Shown one piece after another: positions 1 to 15,437 of a stretch of 64,000 nucleotides of DNA (position 1 is the first letter of the stretch; each line of letters opens with the position of its first letter). Under the pieces are notes generated by a model. That model did not search any database. It saw only the letters and a program-made list of their open reading frames with translations, and was not told the origin of the DNA. The stretch lies in NCBI RefSeq assembly GCF_009914755.1, contig NC_060937.1; one strand, 5' to 3'. This DNA comes from the human T2T-CHM13v2.0 reference genome, Homo sapiens. The position numbers and the translations under genes were made by a program.

Positions 1-207
1 CAATTAATTCGGCTGATGGGCTAAACTCTCCAGAAGATACAAATATGTGAACAACACTGTCTAGTCTTGCAGAGCTTTGTATTTAATGGGAAGATACAGT
101 AAAGGAAAATGTTCTGTCTTATCTGAGAGGCACAAGGAAAGTGCTATGTAAACTGAAGCTTGGGTTCTCAGAAGAGGTTTCATTAAGAGAATATCTTACC
201 AGCGGGA

Positions 208-490
208 CATTTTATTGAATGTTACTATTTTTCCAGGTAGTTGGAGTACATTGGTGAATAGTCACCACTCTCTGCCCTTGTGAAGCTTGTATTCTAGTGA
301 GTACAGACAAGTAATATTCAATACACAGTAATAAATATGTTATATGACATGTTAGAACATTAGTGTTTAAAAAAAAAAGAAAAAGCACAGGATAGTTGGG
401 ATTCTGAGTTCTTCATGCTGGGAATGAGTGATTATAGTTTTAATTAGGGTGGGTGAGGTAGGCCTCACAGAGAAAGAGATATTTGAAAAA
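208..490 (-). mobile_element. L2 LINE 3'-end fragment (degraded)
   Basis: TTTATTGAATGTTACTAT...CTGCCCTTGTGAAGCTTGTATTCTAGTG resembles the reverse complement of the L2 3' end; boundaries approximate. Confidence 0.55.
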
Positions 491-1154
491 AGATTCTACT
501 ACATTCTTTCAACTTTTAAACTAAATAAATTTAATTGTTAAAGAATAAGTAATTTGATATGTGAAGAATTTTAATAAGCATTGCTAGTGTGAGAGTGTTT
601 CAAGAAAGGAAATAGCATCAACATTATAAATTAAGTTTATGTGTATGCTCAGTGCCTAGTACCAAACTGACATACAGTAAGCACACAAAAATGTTTACTG
701 AATAAATGTACAAGTAAACTGATAGTATTATGAAATCCCTGAATGAATGTGTCTAAATGTGAATAGTACTGTTTGGCTAGTAAGTGTCTGGTTTCTTGCA
801 GAATCGTAAAAGAAAAAGCTAACAAGTTAGGTGGAGACCTTACTCCAAATGCAAAATTAAAGGATTTTTATAGAAAATTCAGTATAGAATTGAAAACTAA
901 GTTTTTAGCATCAAGGAAGAAAAGAACAGAGAAAAAGAGTTGTTGACAGGAATAGCATTGTGCTTTGAAGTGGTGGTTAAGTTTGATTAGACATGAAAGA
1001 CACTGGAAATGTGGGAGGTGATTATTAGACTCCTAAATACCCCTTTCAAGAGATAACACAGACTTAAGGTAATATTATCATATTGGAACTTGAAAACTGG
1101 GCTATATCCAAAAGAAACTTATCCATTCATTCATGGAATCTTTTATTTAGGAAG

Positions 1155-1903
<749 letters not shown>

Positions 1904-2399
1904 GGATGAAAAGAAAGAAAAAATAAAAATTCTGGGCCAGGTTACATGAAACACTAGAATAGAGGATGAAACCTGTCAGTTTGTGTTTGTTTGTTTGTTT
2001 AATTCTCTTAGCACTCACAATGCAATCATAAAGATATGTAGATGCAGATTGTGATTTTTGATATTATACAATGAGAGTGCAAAGTGATATGAGAAAATTT
2101 TATGTGAAGAATTATCTAAATTGGACACCCACTGGGGCCTTCAGGGTAAATAATGATTAATCCAGTTTAGAGAGTGGCAACAGTGTCCACAAGTGAGAAG
2201 AGAATGTGCCAGGGCCCGAGGAACAAATCAAGGAGATTAGAAGAGGGCAGGAATAGCAAGGAGATGATAATCTGGAGATTGTTGGTTTAAGGAGTTCTTG
2301 GAATTGAAGAAAATTAATAGCAATGTGTCAACCAATAGAGTTGTTCCTTGGGAAACTCCATAAATGGGTCTTCAACTACCACACATGCCAATTAGCTAG

Positions 2400-3250
2400 T
2401 AGTTTTAAAATATCTGTCTATAGCTCTGCTCACTCTTCTGAGTTCTGTACTCTCACAATCCTACTTCCTATTGTGATTCCAACCTGAGTGTGTGTGTGTC
2501 TGTGTCACTCAGATCAATATATTCCCAAATTAAACCTATACATCTCCCTTACTTCTTCAAACTTCCTCTTCCCCTTTTTACTTAGTTGGTGAAAGAAACA
2601 AAGTTTTCATCTCAGCAGTTGCCAAAATTAAGGAAAACATAATTCAGGCATCGTTGACTTCTCCCTCTTCCTCATAGTTAGCCAGGTCCACTTCTACTCA
2701 CACATTCCTGCCAGTTGTCTCTGCAATGTCTCTTATAACCAGCCCTTACACTCAATTATCAGTTCAGTTTCTCATCAATCTTCCACTCAGACTGTTGTAA
2801 TTAAATTCTAATTGTTCTTCTTTCCTTTATTCCTTGTTGTTCTTCAATTCATTCTTTCTAATGCTGCCCATGAAGTCTCTACACAATGAAAGCGCCACAA
2901 AATGTCATATTATTAAGGCTCAATTAAAAAAATTAAATAAAGAGCAACAAAATACTTCAGTCAATTGTTATCAACTGCAAATATAACCCAAGATAAACCA
3001 TAAATTCCTTTGAAATGCTCAGAGTCCTTTGCCATCAAAATCAACCTTCTGTCCATCCTGTAATAACAGCCATTTCCCTAGCCAATCATCCTTTAGAACG
3101 TCTTGCTTCCCAAGCAAATTGGGTTCTTGCCTATCTCTCTGCCTTTGCTCAGATTGTGCATGTTATTCATTTGTCCTCAGTCTCACAAACACACACTTAC
3201 ACTTCAAGGCCCAGTTAAAATGTCATTTAATATCTAAATTCAATTAATAC
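2400..3250 (+). mobile_element. L2 fragment(s), highly diverged
   Basis: Pyrimidine-rich L2-like blocks such as CTCAGATCAATATATTCCCAAATTAAACC and CTTCAAGGCCCAGTTAAAATGTCA. Confidence 0.5.
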
Positions 3251-3477
3251 AGCCTGAAATGTCAGGCAAAGTTGAGATACAGGTTTCAGTCAGCAGCAAA
3301 TAGTAGAAATATTGATAATAGATGACAGTAGAAAAGGAAGATCCCTTAAAAAAAGAAGTGAAGGAAGAGGAGCAAACCCAATTATAGTTCTAAGGACTAT
3401 ACTTCAAGGTTCTACGTTCTTTGAATTTTTAAACTAAATATAATTAGTTTTTATACCATTAAACTAAATATATTTAA

Positions 3478-4603
<1,126 letters not shown>

Positions 4604-4959
4604 AAGAAAAAAGTTTTTATACAGTTAAACTAAATATATTTAACTATTAAAGGAATAGGTAACTTGACATCATTCCTATTCTTCAATCACGTTTCTGGGA
4701 AAATAAAGTTCACAAATAATAGAATCAATATTTCTTTGTGCAGTAAGAAACTAATACCATTCTTAATTTCTATCCATGCTAAAAAGGGGATTTCCAGATT
4801 AATTCATGACGAAGTGATTATATTCACAGTGCTTTTAAATAGTGTAAAGCTAAGAGACAAATAGCAAAATATTTTCTTCTGTTTTAAAATATTACTTTCC
4901 TGATCCTTTTAAAGTGCTAAAGTCATTTATAGAAAATCTTTATTGGTAGTTTTTGACTT

Positions 4960-5150
4960 GCATTTATCAAATACGTACTATGGGCCTGTCAGTTTTCTAA
5001 GTATTTATTTACAAAATGGTAGATGAGGAATAGCAATTACAACTACCCACATTTCACAAAAGATTAAACCAAGACTTTAGAAAGGCAAACTATCTTGCCA
5101 AAGTCACATAGCTAATAAGTTCGATACAGAAATAAGTGTGTCTGATTCAA
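4960..5150 (-). mobile_element. MIR SINE
   Basis: CTTGCCAAAGTCACATAGCTAATAAGT matches the reverse MIR core. Confidence 0.6.
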
Positions 5151-8100
5151 ATGTTTATTTTCCAACTAGAGAGCCGATAAGCTTGTTTTTATAACAACAT
5201 ACATAAATAAAAGTGGAGATTTGATGTTTGGATTACGATTCAAATATAGTTATTGTGCTTCTATTGACCACATTAATTAGTATTTAATGTAAAACAGCAA
5301 ACTGATTTTAAAACTGAACTCAACACTTAAAAATTGTGTCTTGAGAGTTTTAAGAATTATGTCCTTGAAAATGATGTCACCGGTTGTAAAGGGGCAAGAA
5401 TAGGGAGCTATGCCATGCTGCAGGGAATCCCAAGTTTTAGTTTGTTAATTTCTCACTACTTAGAAAACAAGGGTAGAGAGAAATCCCAATAAGGGAAAAG
5501 CAGTGGCTTGTTCCCTGGCTGGCATGGTCTGAGAATGCTCTTGGTACAGCATTCTAAGTACCTAGGAGAGAATGTCAATCCCCTTGGTTTAATTAGGACC
5601 AGTGTTGTTTGGCTGTGACTGAAAGAGAGAGAGAGGGCAACATGGGATCTAAGAAACAGCAGGAACAGACGGGGCTGTGTACGCTTAGTGGGGCAGAGGG
5701 GACGGCAGAGTCCCCCAAGGTAACAGTGAATCCCAGGTACCCCGCTTAAGAGCAGAACCTTGAGGAGACCATCTTTGTCACTCCCAAACTTGGATATATT
5801 AGCTATATTAGGCTTCTTTAGCTTTTACTTCTTTCTTGCCTTGTTTTAATTTCTCCCAGTACAGGTAACTACACGGCAGAAAACTTGTAAGAATTTAGTC
5901 ATGATCAGGAAGATTTTCAGCTTATTGATGTTTCCTCACAGTTCTTGTCCAAAAATGCGGGTTTCCACTGTATTGAATCACTTCTTAAATAAATATTGAT
6001 TATGTGAAATAGTACCAAGAAATGTGCTCCTTGTTTTCAGAAAGAGTTACAGCCACACTAGTTATATAAGAAGTAAGCTAGTTAGATTCTCTTGTAGAAT
6101 GTCTTTATCTTCAGATTTCCTTGGGGTGAAAATTTTAAAAGATTCAAAATATTTGGTTTTATGTAAAGCCACACCATTAATTGTTAAAATATAGAAAGCA
6201 GAGTAATTATGAAGAAAAATATTTATTATTAAAAATTTAATTTGCTATGTCAATAACCTCACTATTAAACAGATATTTACTAAGGATTTTAAAGCTGCTT
6301 ATATAAATTCATAAGCTAGTCAATAACTTCCTAATTAAACTCAAATTTAAAAATGGATACAATGAAGTTCTCAAAATTTATATTAAAATGCTTATGCTTA
6401 TAATCTAGGCATATACGTGATATTGTATTTTATACTGTTAGAATGGTAATCAAATATGTTTGTCTGAATTTTTAAATTTATTAAGTCTGTCCTAAAAGTC
6501 ACTATTCTGTTTTAAAATTAATTTTACAATTAATCAGAGTCTAAGAATTAAATATTTACATTTCTCATTTCTCTTTTTTAAGAAGATAAAAAAAAACCCT
6601 CACCAATTTTTAGAGATCAATAATGATCTCTGTTTTGTTTCCAAACAGTACTGATGTGCTAAATCTAATTTCTCAGAACTTAACTTTCACCGAAATAAAG
6701 TTATTCTTCCTGAGAATTTAATCTTCTATGAACTTCTTTTTTTCCTGTAAATTTGCCATCCAACTCTACTTTTAATTAACAGTTTTATTTTGGTATTTTT
6801 GTCTCTAATTTAAAAATATAATAAATTGTGTTCAAAATGGGACATATTGACCAGTCCATTAATTATCAGGCTATCTGATCTAGTTCTTTTATTTTATGGT
6901 TCTTTAACAGCAATTACTAGTATTTTTTTTTCATTTTCAGCCATCTATGTCTTGGGCCTTTCTGTACTCCCTGTGTGTACATGGAGGCTTTTTTTTAATT
7001 TGTTTGTTTTTAATGTTAAATGTAGAAGTCAAATTTAGAGATGATTTTAATGGAGCCACTAATCGGTTTATGAAACCACCTTGACCTTTACCAGACCCAT
7101 TTTCCTCAGTCTCCCAATCAAACTGGTTGACCTGGTTTATTTAAGGAGCTTTCTCACAATTGTAATTGTATACACATATACATACACATACATGGTAAGT
7201 GTATATGATTTAGAAATTCATTGTACAGAGCAAACATACTGATGAAAGTATTATGTTATATGTCAAAAGCGACTTTACAAATAACTTCCTTGCAACAAAG
7301 GTCTTATTTGATTACTAAAAAGCCATTTTATATATATAAAAATACATTCTGGCCCTTTGAATTGGGCTTTGACAACTTTAAGTAATGGTAAAAAAGAAAA
7401 AAAAGATTCCTCTCCTTATTCCATAGTATGTTTATTATTAACATGTATTGTTATCACATTGTTTTAAGGAATTATAATGGTACAAGTTTACTTTCGCATT
7501 TCACTCTTTTATTCTATGTGAGGATATCTACACAAGATATGTTTCTTAATATTAATCAACCCTTGATGGATACACATATTATTAGATAGATTTAGCATTT
7601 CGGGACTTTGAATGTACCTGGAAACATCACATCCAACAACTTAAATGAAGATGAAAAGAGAACCAATATAGTATGAAGCAGGAATTTTATTACTTTGTGC
7701 ACTGCCAAAGAGCCTGTCCCCACTGCGAAATTACTCATGATACACTCAAGATGTTTTACTCTCTAGTCTATTCATTATAACTACAAAATTAAATAACGCT
7801 TTACAGGAACGCTTTTAATGATTGCTCCTCGTTATTAGAGATAGCACAGGAAGAAAAAGCCTTTATTTTAAAAAATAGTCTCCTTAAAAGGTATATCTGT
7901 CACGAGTTCTGTATCCTGCTAGTCTCTAGGGAAGGCAGATGGATGTGCCCGTTCCCATGTGCAGGGGAAATGTAACAGACCTGACCGAGCCTCTGATAAA
8001 TCTTCTCTATAGTCCCATTAGTTTTGATGAAGTTCTTTGAGAAACTGAGAAGAGAAAAATGCCTGTGAAAAACATCCCTATTATGTAGTGTGGTGTTATC

Positions 8101-8301
8101 AGGACTCTGATTTATTTACTAGAAGGGATTCGGTCACAGAGGTAAAAATTAACTTTTTTTTTTTGTTATATACATTTGCTTAGTGCAAACATATGGTTAA
8201 AAGCCTGACTTTTCACAATATGATACATTAATTATCAGATTCCTTTAAAATATTCCCACAAAATATTGGCTTCTTAAAGTTTTTTAAAAAAGAAATTTAT
8301 A

Positions 8302-8600
8302 GGACAGTTGTGTAGGCTCGCACCTGTAATCCCAGCATTTTGGGAGGCCGAGCCAGGTGGATCACCTGAGGTCAGGAGTTCGAGACCAGCCTGGCCAACA
8401 AGGTGAAACCCTGTCTCCACTAAAAATCCAAAAATTAGCCAGGCATGGTTGTGGGCACCTGTAGTCCCAGCTACTCAGAGAATCGCTTGAACCCGGGAGG
8501 CAGAAGTTGCAGCGAGCCGAGATTGTGCCATTGCACTCCAGCCTGGGTGACAGAGACTCCGTCTCAAAAAAAAAAAAAAGAAAGAAAGAAAGAAAGAAAG
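8302..8600 (+). mobile_element. AluS (Sx/Sq-like) with (GAAA)n tail and ~14-bp internal deletion
   Basis: GATCACCTGAGGTCAGGAGTTCGAGACCAGCC; CTACTCAGAGAATC lacks GGAGGCTGAGGCAG; TSD approx. AAGAAAT(T/G)TATA. Confidence 0.95.
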
Positions 8601-8674
8601 AAAGAAATGTATAGCATTCATTTTTGTTATAACATATTTCAAAATCAATATGTTTTAAAAATTTGGCAGTAAGC

Positions 8675-8908
8675 AATACAGTATGGGCTTCCATGGAGTC
8701 CAGGTTGGAATCCAGCTTTTTTCACTTGGGAAAATGTGTGAGTTTGGAAATGTTTCTTGAATTGTGTTTCAGTTTTCTTGGCAGAAAGTAGATAAAGAAA
8801 TAGTATCAAATTTATGGGATTTGGGGAATGATTAAATGAGATATTTTATTTAAGCCTCTTGTTACTCCTGACAAATAATAATAAATAAATGCTTTAGCTA
8901 TTATTATC
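8675..8908 (+). mobile_element. MIR SINE
   Basis: GGTTGGAATCCAGC...TCAGTTTTCTT...GATTAAATGAGATA...TTAGCTATTATT. Confidence 0.6.
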
Positions 8909-9954
8909 AGCATTGTCCAAGCAATCTTTGAATTTTTCTCTAAGGAAGAAAGGGGACTATTTTGAAGTGGTCCACCTAGCAATAAATATTCCTTTCCAAA
9001 TTATTTTTGGGATCTTTTTCCTCCTCTCTGTAATTTAGCTGATATAAAACTTAAGTCTCCTTTGTAAAGAGCAGGATAGGAGAAAGAGAACAGATACTGT
9101 GTTCCAAGTGTTTTCTATTAAAAGTAGAGGAGAGGAATATTCAAAAATTAAGGCAAGCAGAATCACGGACATTTCTGCATATGGGAACATCCATTTGCTT
9201 TCCCCATTGATTGAATAGAAGAGTCCCATTCCCAAAACTCTGATCTCTTTAAAAAAAAAAAAGTTGTAGGAAGAGGAGTAGGGAAGAGAAGTTGTTTGGT
9301 GAAGTCAGGGGATTTTCTTTTACTATTTGAGTTCGCTTTAAATAATTGGCCACTCATTTTGAAGATTTAGGTAAGTTTGCTGGGCTAGCAACTTACTATA
9401 TAAAAATAGAACTAAGTAGGATTTTCTATGCAACAATTTCAGATAATACTTATTACTTTGTCATTAGAACTCATTCCCCTCACACAGAAACACAAAAATG
9501 CACACACACTCATACTTTAAAACGTTAGGAATACCTTTCACTTTCCCCAAATATTCCGTGTATGCTCACTATGTTTGACATCCCCTATCCTTGCCAGTAA
9601 ACTCATCTTAAGGTCCTTGTGAATCCTACAGCAGCAATTATACTAAATTAAACCATAATAATGGCAATGCATGCATTTTAAATATCTTCCACAAATAATA
9701 TGCTTATTTCTAATTTCCAAAGTAAAGAAATGCATTTAGCTAGGTAACAGATGATGATTGCATTTTCTCCGTGAGAGCAAAGTATGAGTAGGGTGTTTTG
9801 ATATTCTTTTAATAACATAATTCTGCTTATTTCATAGGTATTTAGTCCTGCCCTATAGCCAGAATGGCCTTAGACAGAATGGCCTTTTTAGATGACTAAT
9901 CTAAAAAGCTGTGGTAGGCATCATTACATAACAGTATAAAAATTGGATCTTATA

Positions 9955-10308
<354 letters not shown>

Positions 10309-10404
10309 CTAAAAGAATTTGAAACATGGAGGATAGATTGTGCAGGAATGTATAAAATACAAAACCGGAATAGAAATGGAAGAGGCTTCTGTGATAATCT
10401 AGGT

Positions 10405-10594
10405 CATTGGTTCTGAATCTTGGCTGAAATTATCAGAATTACCCGAATAATGTATCAAAAATACTGATTGCCAAGTCTCAATCCCTAAAGATTTGGTTGG
10501 TTAGATCTGGAAATAAGTATTTGTAGTCATATCCCTGGCGATTTTCTGCAGTCCCTTTCACACAGGTCCTTGGACCATAACTTAGAACTCAATG
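10405..10594. mobile_element. MER5-type hAT-Charlie MITE
   Basis: CATTGGTTCT...AGAACTCAATG termini; flanks ATCTAGGT/ACCTAGAA resemble the NTCTAGAN target. Confidence 0.65.
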
Positions 10595-12881
10595 ACCTAG
10601 AAGAAGAAAGCAGATTGGCGAAGGGATATATTAAAAACACAGAGATGTTTTAGCTGTTTAAGTTGAATTAAGGTCATTTATTCTAAAAGTGTCTCTTTGG
10701 GAGTACTTATTTGGATGTAATTTTCATTTGTTTAGCTCCTGTTATGTAGTGAACATTACTATATTTAATATCATATTTGATTATTAGATCTAATATATAG
10801 CTATATAGTATTTATTTCAATAAGATATAAGTGACTTATTTATAATAATGACTTCATTACAATTTCATAACTTATTTATACATTTAAAGGAAAATACAAC
10901 TTCAAATATTTTTGCAAACATAGAATTCCATTTTAAAGGGAAATGATGTAATTTCAAAAGGAAAATACTTTTTTAAAGAACGGAAATTGATCTAAGCCTA
11001 ATTTATCCTCCAATGTCAACATCCAAAGTATTTGCATATACTAATGCTTCAACATTACTACCAGCGTGTGAACATATTACCTTGAAAAACTCCAAAGAGT
11101 ATCAAAACTTATTCTGAATTTTTTTTTTCTGGAAAATTTTCCTAAGTATGCAACAGTAGAAAGAGCTATTCTCCAAAACTTCCAAAACACCAGTGTTTAA
11201 GGGTTGAAATAGCTAAAAATATTTCAGAACATTGGTTCAATGTCATGGTATTGAATATTGTACAGCCACCAAAAAAATTGTAAAAATGTAAAAAAATTTA
11301 TAAGTATTAAAAGATAAAATTTTGAGTAAAAAAACACAAATAGGTTCCATATAGGAAGATAGTAAATCTGTTAATACATTTATGTATGAGTATAAGACTG
11401 AAAGAAGAGTTAAAACATATTAAGACAGTGGGTTTCTGAGGGGTTTTTAATATTTAATTTTAAAATATAAATTTAATAACAAAATGTAAAAGTTATTAGT
11501 AAAATGGTATTCAGTTGGCTTTAAAATTCTTCTGCATCAGTTATTTGTGGCATAATTGAAAACATTATGGGAGCATGGGATATAGAGGAGTAAGAAATAA
11601 CTTAAATTCACTCATTCAGCAAAAAGTTGTGAACCATATTGTATATTCAGGCCGTGTATATATTGGAATTTGAATAAGAATCCTCATGTGCGTGCAGGTA
11701 ATGTCCACTTTTGTTTCCGTGTTCCTCATTTTGACAAGTGCTGATCAACAATTTGTGTGAACAAATCCCAGGACTGATGCATCTCTGAGTCCTTGTGCAT
11801 ATGGTTAACACTTTTCTCCAGGTGTCTTTCCTGAATTTGAGAGTGGTTGGGGTATTCGTGAATATATCAACTTTACCTCATGAAAAACATAAAGTGAAAA
11901 TATCTCACTACTTTTAGAACAACTGGTACATGGAAAATGCTTCTGGTCCTCTGTGATTGTATTCAATGGGAAGGCTTCAAATTGAAGCTTATTTTATCAT
12001 TCATATTAGCATCCTTCATGAAACACAAATATATTTATTATATATATACTGCAAAAGCTCACATACATTTTATTAAACTTAGAATAATTTCTCATCAGTG
12101 TCAGATACAGTTGCATAGATTTGGAATAAGAGAATAAGAAAAAACATAATAATATGGAACAAAATAATGAAAAGTTCTCAACAAATCCTTTGTTATTGTT
12201 TACATTCTTTTTAGCAGTTAAAATTGCTAGAGCCTATTCAAAGTTACTGGAGAGTAAAAAGCACTATAACTAACAGTGGAATTTCTTCTAAGTACTAGCT
12301 ACCCACTGGGAAAAGAACTGTATCACATTTCTTTTCTATGTAAACAATTTAGGCAAGGAGAAATCAGCTAGTACACAATCTATAAAACTGTTGGTTTATA
12401 TTTTGTGAGGTGAAGACTGTATGTAATTATATATTGTTTTGTTTTATTGTTATTCGGGAAATATGCTGACTCTATATTTTCAGTCCTGGCAACAAATTCC
12501 AGTCCTCTTTACCCCACTGGCTACTATAGACTTTTTACATAGATATCCCTCAGTGATAAATAAGAGTCAGCATATTCAAAACAGAATTTTCTATACTTTC
12601 TCCATCCACCAATATTATCTTTACCCTGCATCAAATCACCTCTTCTTACTTTCTCTTCTACTGTCCAAAAAGAAGTCTGGAAGCCTAGACTCATCTTAAA
12701 TAAACCCTCTCCTTCTACTCAACATGTAGCAATTATATCTGGTCAATTCCTTTTTACTTACATATTTTCTTATATTCATTGTATACCTATCAATGTAAGA
12801 GAATCATCACTTGCCTATCCGCTTCTAATCTAGCCAATTCTGAATACCCACGGTGCACCTAAACTCCTTTCATTGATGGAG

Positions 12882-13037
12882 TATATCCTGAACTTACAGT
12901 CTAAATTCTCATAGAACAAGAACATTAAAATATTGAATCACAAGTTTATCACTTATTAAACACATTCTATCAACTGTATGTAATAAAGATGCACTAAAAT
13001 AATTCCTACTTTTCTAAAACAAAACTATTTTATTTTT
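12882..13037 (+). repeat. Copy A of a ~155-bp local direct duplication (partner 15280-15437)
   Basis: Manual alignment: about 23 substitutions plus one 3-bp gap. Confidence 0.9.
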
Positions 13038-13104
13038 ATTTTTATATTTTTTTATTTATTACCAAACATCTTCATTATAGCAGCTCAGAGCCTAACCTTC
13101 TACA

Positions 13105-13279
13105 CAGTGATTACCAAACATTAGCGTTCATCTCAACCAACTTAGGGCCTCGTTAAAACGCAGGCTACTGGTCTCAGAGTTTCTGAATCAGAAAATTTAG
13201 TGTTGGGCTCTAGAATTTGCCTTCCCAACAAGCTTGTATATGAGTCTGATGATGGGACTGTACATTGAGAAGCGCAATT
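13105..13279. mobile_element. MER5A hAT-Charlie MITE
   Basis: CAGTGATTACCAAAC...CAGAGTTTCTGAATCAG...AGAATTTGC...CATTGAGAAGC. Confidence 0.7.
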
Positions 13280-14089
13280 CTAACACACAGTTGCAAACTC
13301 CTCTTCCAGATTTCAGAGCTGTTCATAATTTCACCCTACTTATCTCACTGTACTTAGTGCAAATTTCTTTTGCTAGATAGAGGTGGGTTTATTGGGAAAT
13401 TGACACAAAAGTTGCAAGTCCCCTCATTTGTACAGGCCTCTTCAAAGTCCTTATAATTTGTATTCTTTTCTTTAAAGAGAGCTCTACAAATATATAAGCC
13501 TCAAGTCACAAAAAGCCTAAATCCTCCCCTGAATCAAGCATCTAGGATTTTTAATTGATCTCCAAGTATGTTAAATTCTTTTTCATTTCTGTGCCTTCTC
13601 TGGTCTGTACTCCTTATTTAGTCAGGAGATTTAGCCCTCACTCTGCATTTGTTTCTCTCCCACAGCAGATTCCACCCATCGTTGACTCTCAAGACCATTT
13701 ATTTATTTACTAAACGGATCTAACTCTTTTTTTATTGATGGTTAACTGCCTTGCATTGCTACTAGTTCTCTTTTTAAAAATACTTCGCATTTAGTTAAGT
13801 TTTTTTTTGCTTTTAGTGTTGAATGTATTAAATACAATATAGTTATTATCAATAAAACAAAGACATGCAACAGATCACATAGTAAACACTATACATTGGA
13901 ATTTTTATATTTAATAAAGAAATGTCCTACCAGCCTTAAAATGTAAGGAGCATGTGACTGTCTCTAAAGAGTCCAAATATAAAATCCTTTTGGATGTCAC
14001 TTTACCAAACTACATATCTGCTAATTAACTGATGTTCAGGAAATGTGAAGAGCAAGTTAATCAAGTTAATTAAAATAACTATAAAAATA

Positions 14090-14320
14090 AAAGCTTATAT
14101 TTATTGAAGACTGACTAATGGGCAGGTACTGTGCTAAGAGGTTTACACATATTAATATGATCTAACCTCAATTTTTCCCTAAAATTAACTACTATTATTG
14201 TTGGAGTGGTTGTTGTTTTAAGATAAAACTGAACCTAGAAATGTTGATAAGTTCCTTAAAGTCCCCAGCTAGTATAGAACACGGATTCAAACCCCCAACT
14301 ACAGGACTCCAAAGCCTTAA
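14090..14320 (-). mobile_element. MIR SINE
   Basis: ATTTATTGAAG..CAGGTACTGTGCTAAG...GGATTCAAACCC...GACTCCAAAGCC. Confidence 0.7.
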
Positions 14321-14329
14321 CTTTAATTT

Positions 14330-14500
14330 ACCTAATCAGGTAAATTAGCAGCTGTAATCCATTATGTTGAGGCACGGTGGGTGCCTCACAGTGGGGAAAT
14401 CCTTTCAATCATTTTTCTTCTCTCTATTGCCTATAAAAGCCTGTTAGGCAGGAAGCTAACTTCACTTAGCTACAGCACAACAGCACAAACAGGTATACTT
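14330..14500 (+). promoter_or_regulatory. Candidate TATA/Inr core promoter with upstream homeodomain and E-box sites
   Basis: TATAAAAG at 14432; TTCACT Inr-like element with A at 14464; TAATCA, CAGCTG and TAATCCATTA upstream. Confidence 0.3.
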
Positions 14501-15279
14501 GGAAGTCAAGAGATCTCCAATGTCATTTTTATAGCTTTCAGACTGATACATGCCAGCTAACAGATTTTGATGATGGCTATTATTTGATGAATGTCCTATT
14601 AGTCCTAGGATCTTCTATTACTAGTTTATTCTGTTCTATTTGCCATACTCTTTTCCTTAGTTATGTATGCATTGCCCAATTCATGACAATTCTGGACTCC
14701 TGCAGTGATTTCTTGTCCTTGATGACAAAAATACACCTCAGGACATATTTACATTACAACTGGACCTTTACTATTAATAATTTAAAGAAAAGTAATTCAA
14801 ATTCAGATTAGCCACCATCGATGGGAGGTAGAAACTAGTGGGTAAAGTAAAATGTTGGATTATTTGACTTCCATTTTTCTGAAGTAGAAAGATTAGATAT
14901 TTAGTTCTATTTTTCTGCCAGTTACCCTTCTATGGATTCAAAAGAATTTCACAGACATTGTGATATTTATCACTATATTCATATGACTTAAAAGTGAGTA
15001 ATACAATTTCCTACATCAATGTAAAACTACAGAAAAAGGAAATGAAGACATATGTATGACATGGTGGCAATAACTTACAAATTCTGACTCTATTAAATAT
15101 AGTGCCACATTTTTTCTTCATATATCATTTGTATTGCCCCTTTTAATCATGATGTTATTTACATCAACTCTATGATAAAGTAATGTCAAATATTTACTTA
15201 CGGAACTGTCACCCCCCCAGTACTTATTAGGCACACACTACATTCAACGTAAACATCAGGAAACAGAAAAATATGTGTC

Positions 15280-15437
15280 TATATCCTGCATTTATAGTCT
15301 AAATTCTAACAGAACAAAAACATTATTCAAATAGTGAATTACAAATTTATCATTTATTAAATGCATTTTACCAACTGCATATCATGAAGATGAACTAAAA
15401 TAATTACCACTTTTCTAAAATAAAACTATTTTATTTT
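15280..15437 (+). repeat. Copy B of the ~155-bp local direct duplication (partner 12882-13037)
   Basis: TATATCCTG...CTAAAATAATT..CTTTTCTAAAA.AAAACTATTTTATTTT shared with copy A. Confidence 0.9.

Noticed and set aside
5400-5760. GC-richer patch with a few CpGs and GGGAATCCC
   Set aside because: Too short and CpG-poor for an island; no coherent promoter architecture
7880-8070. Minus-strand acceptor with open frame FSKNFIKTNGTIEKIYQRLGQ
   Set aside because: Weak donor, no recognisable homology, other frames closed
9860-9886. CAGAATGGCCTT twice, period 15
   Set aside because: Ordinary micro-duplication with no further structure
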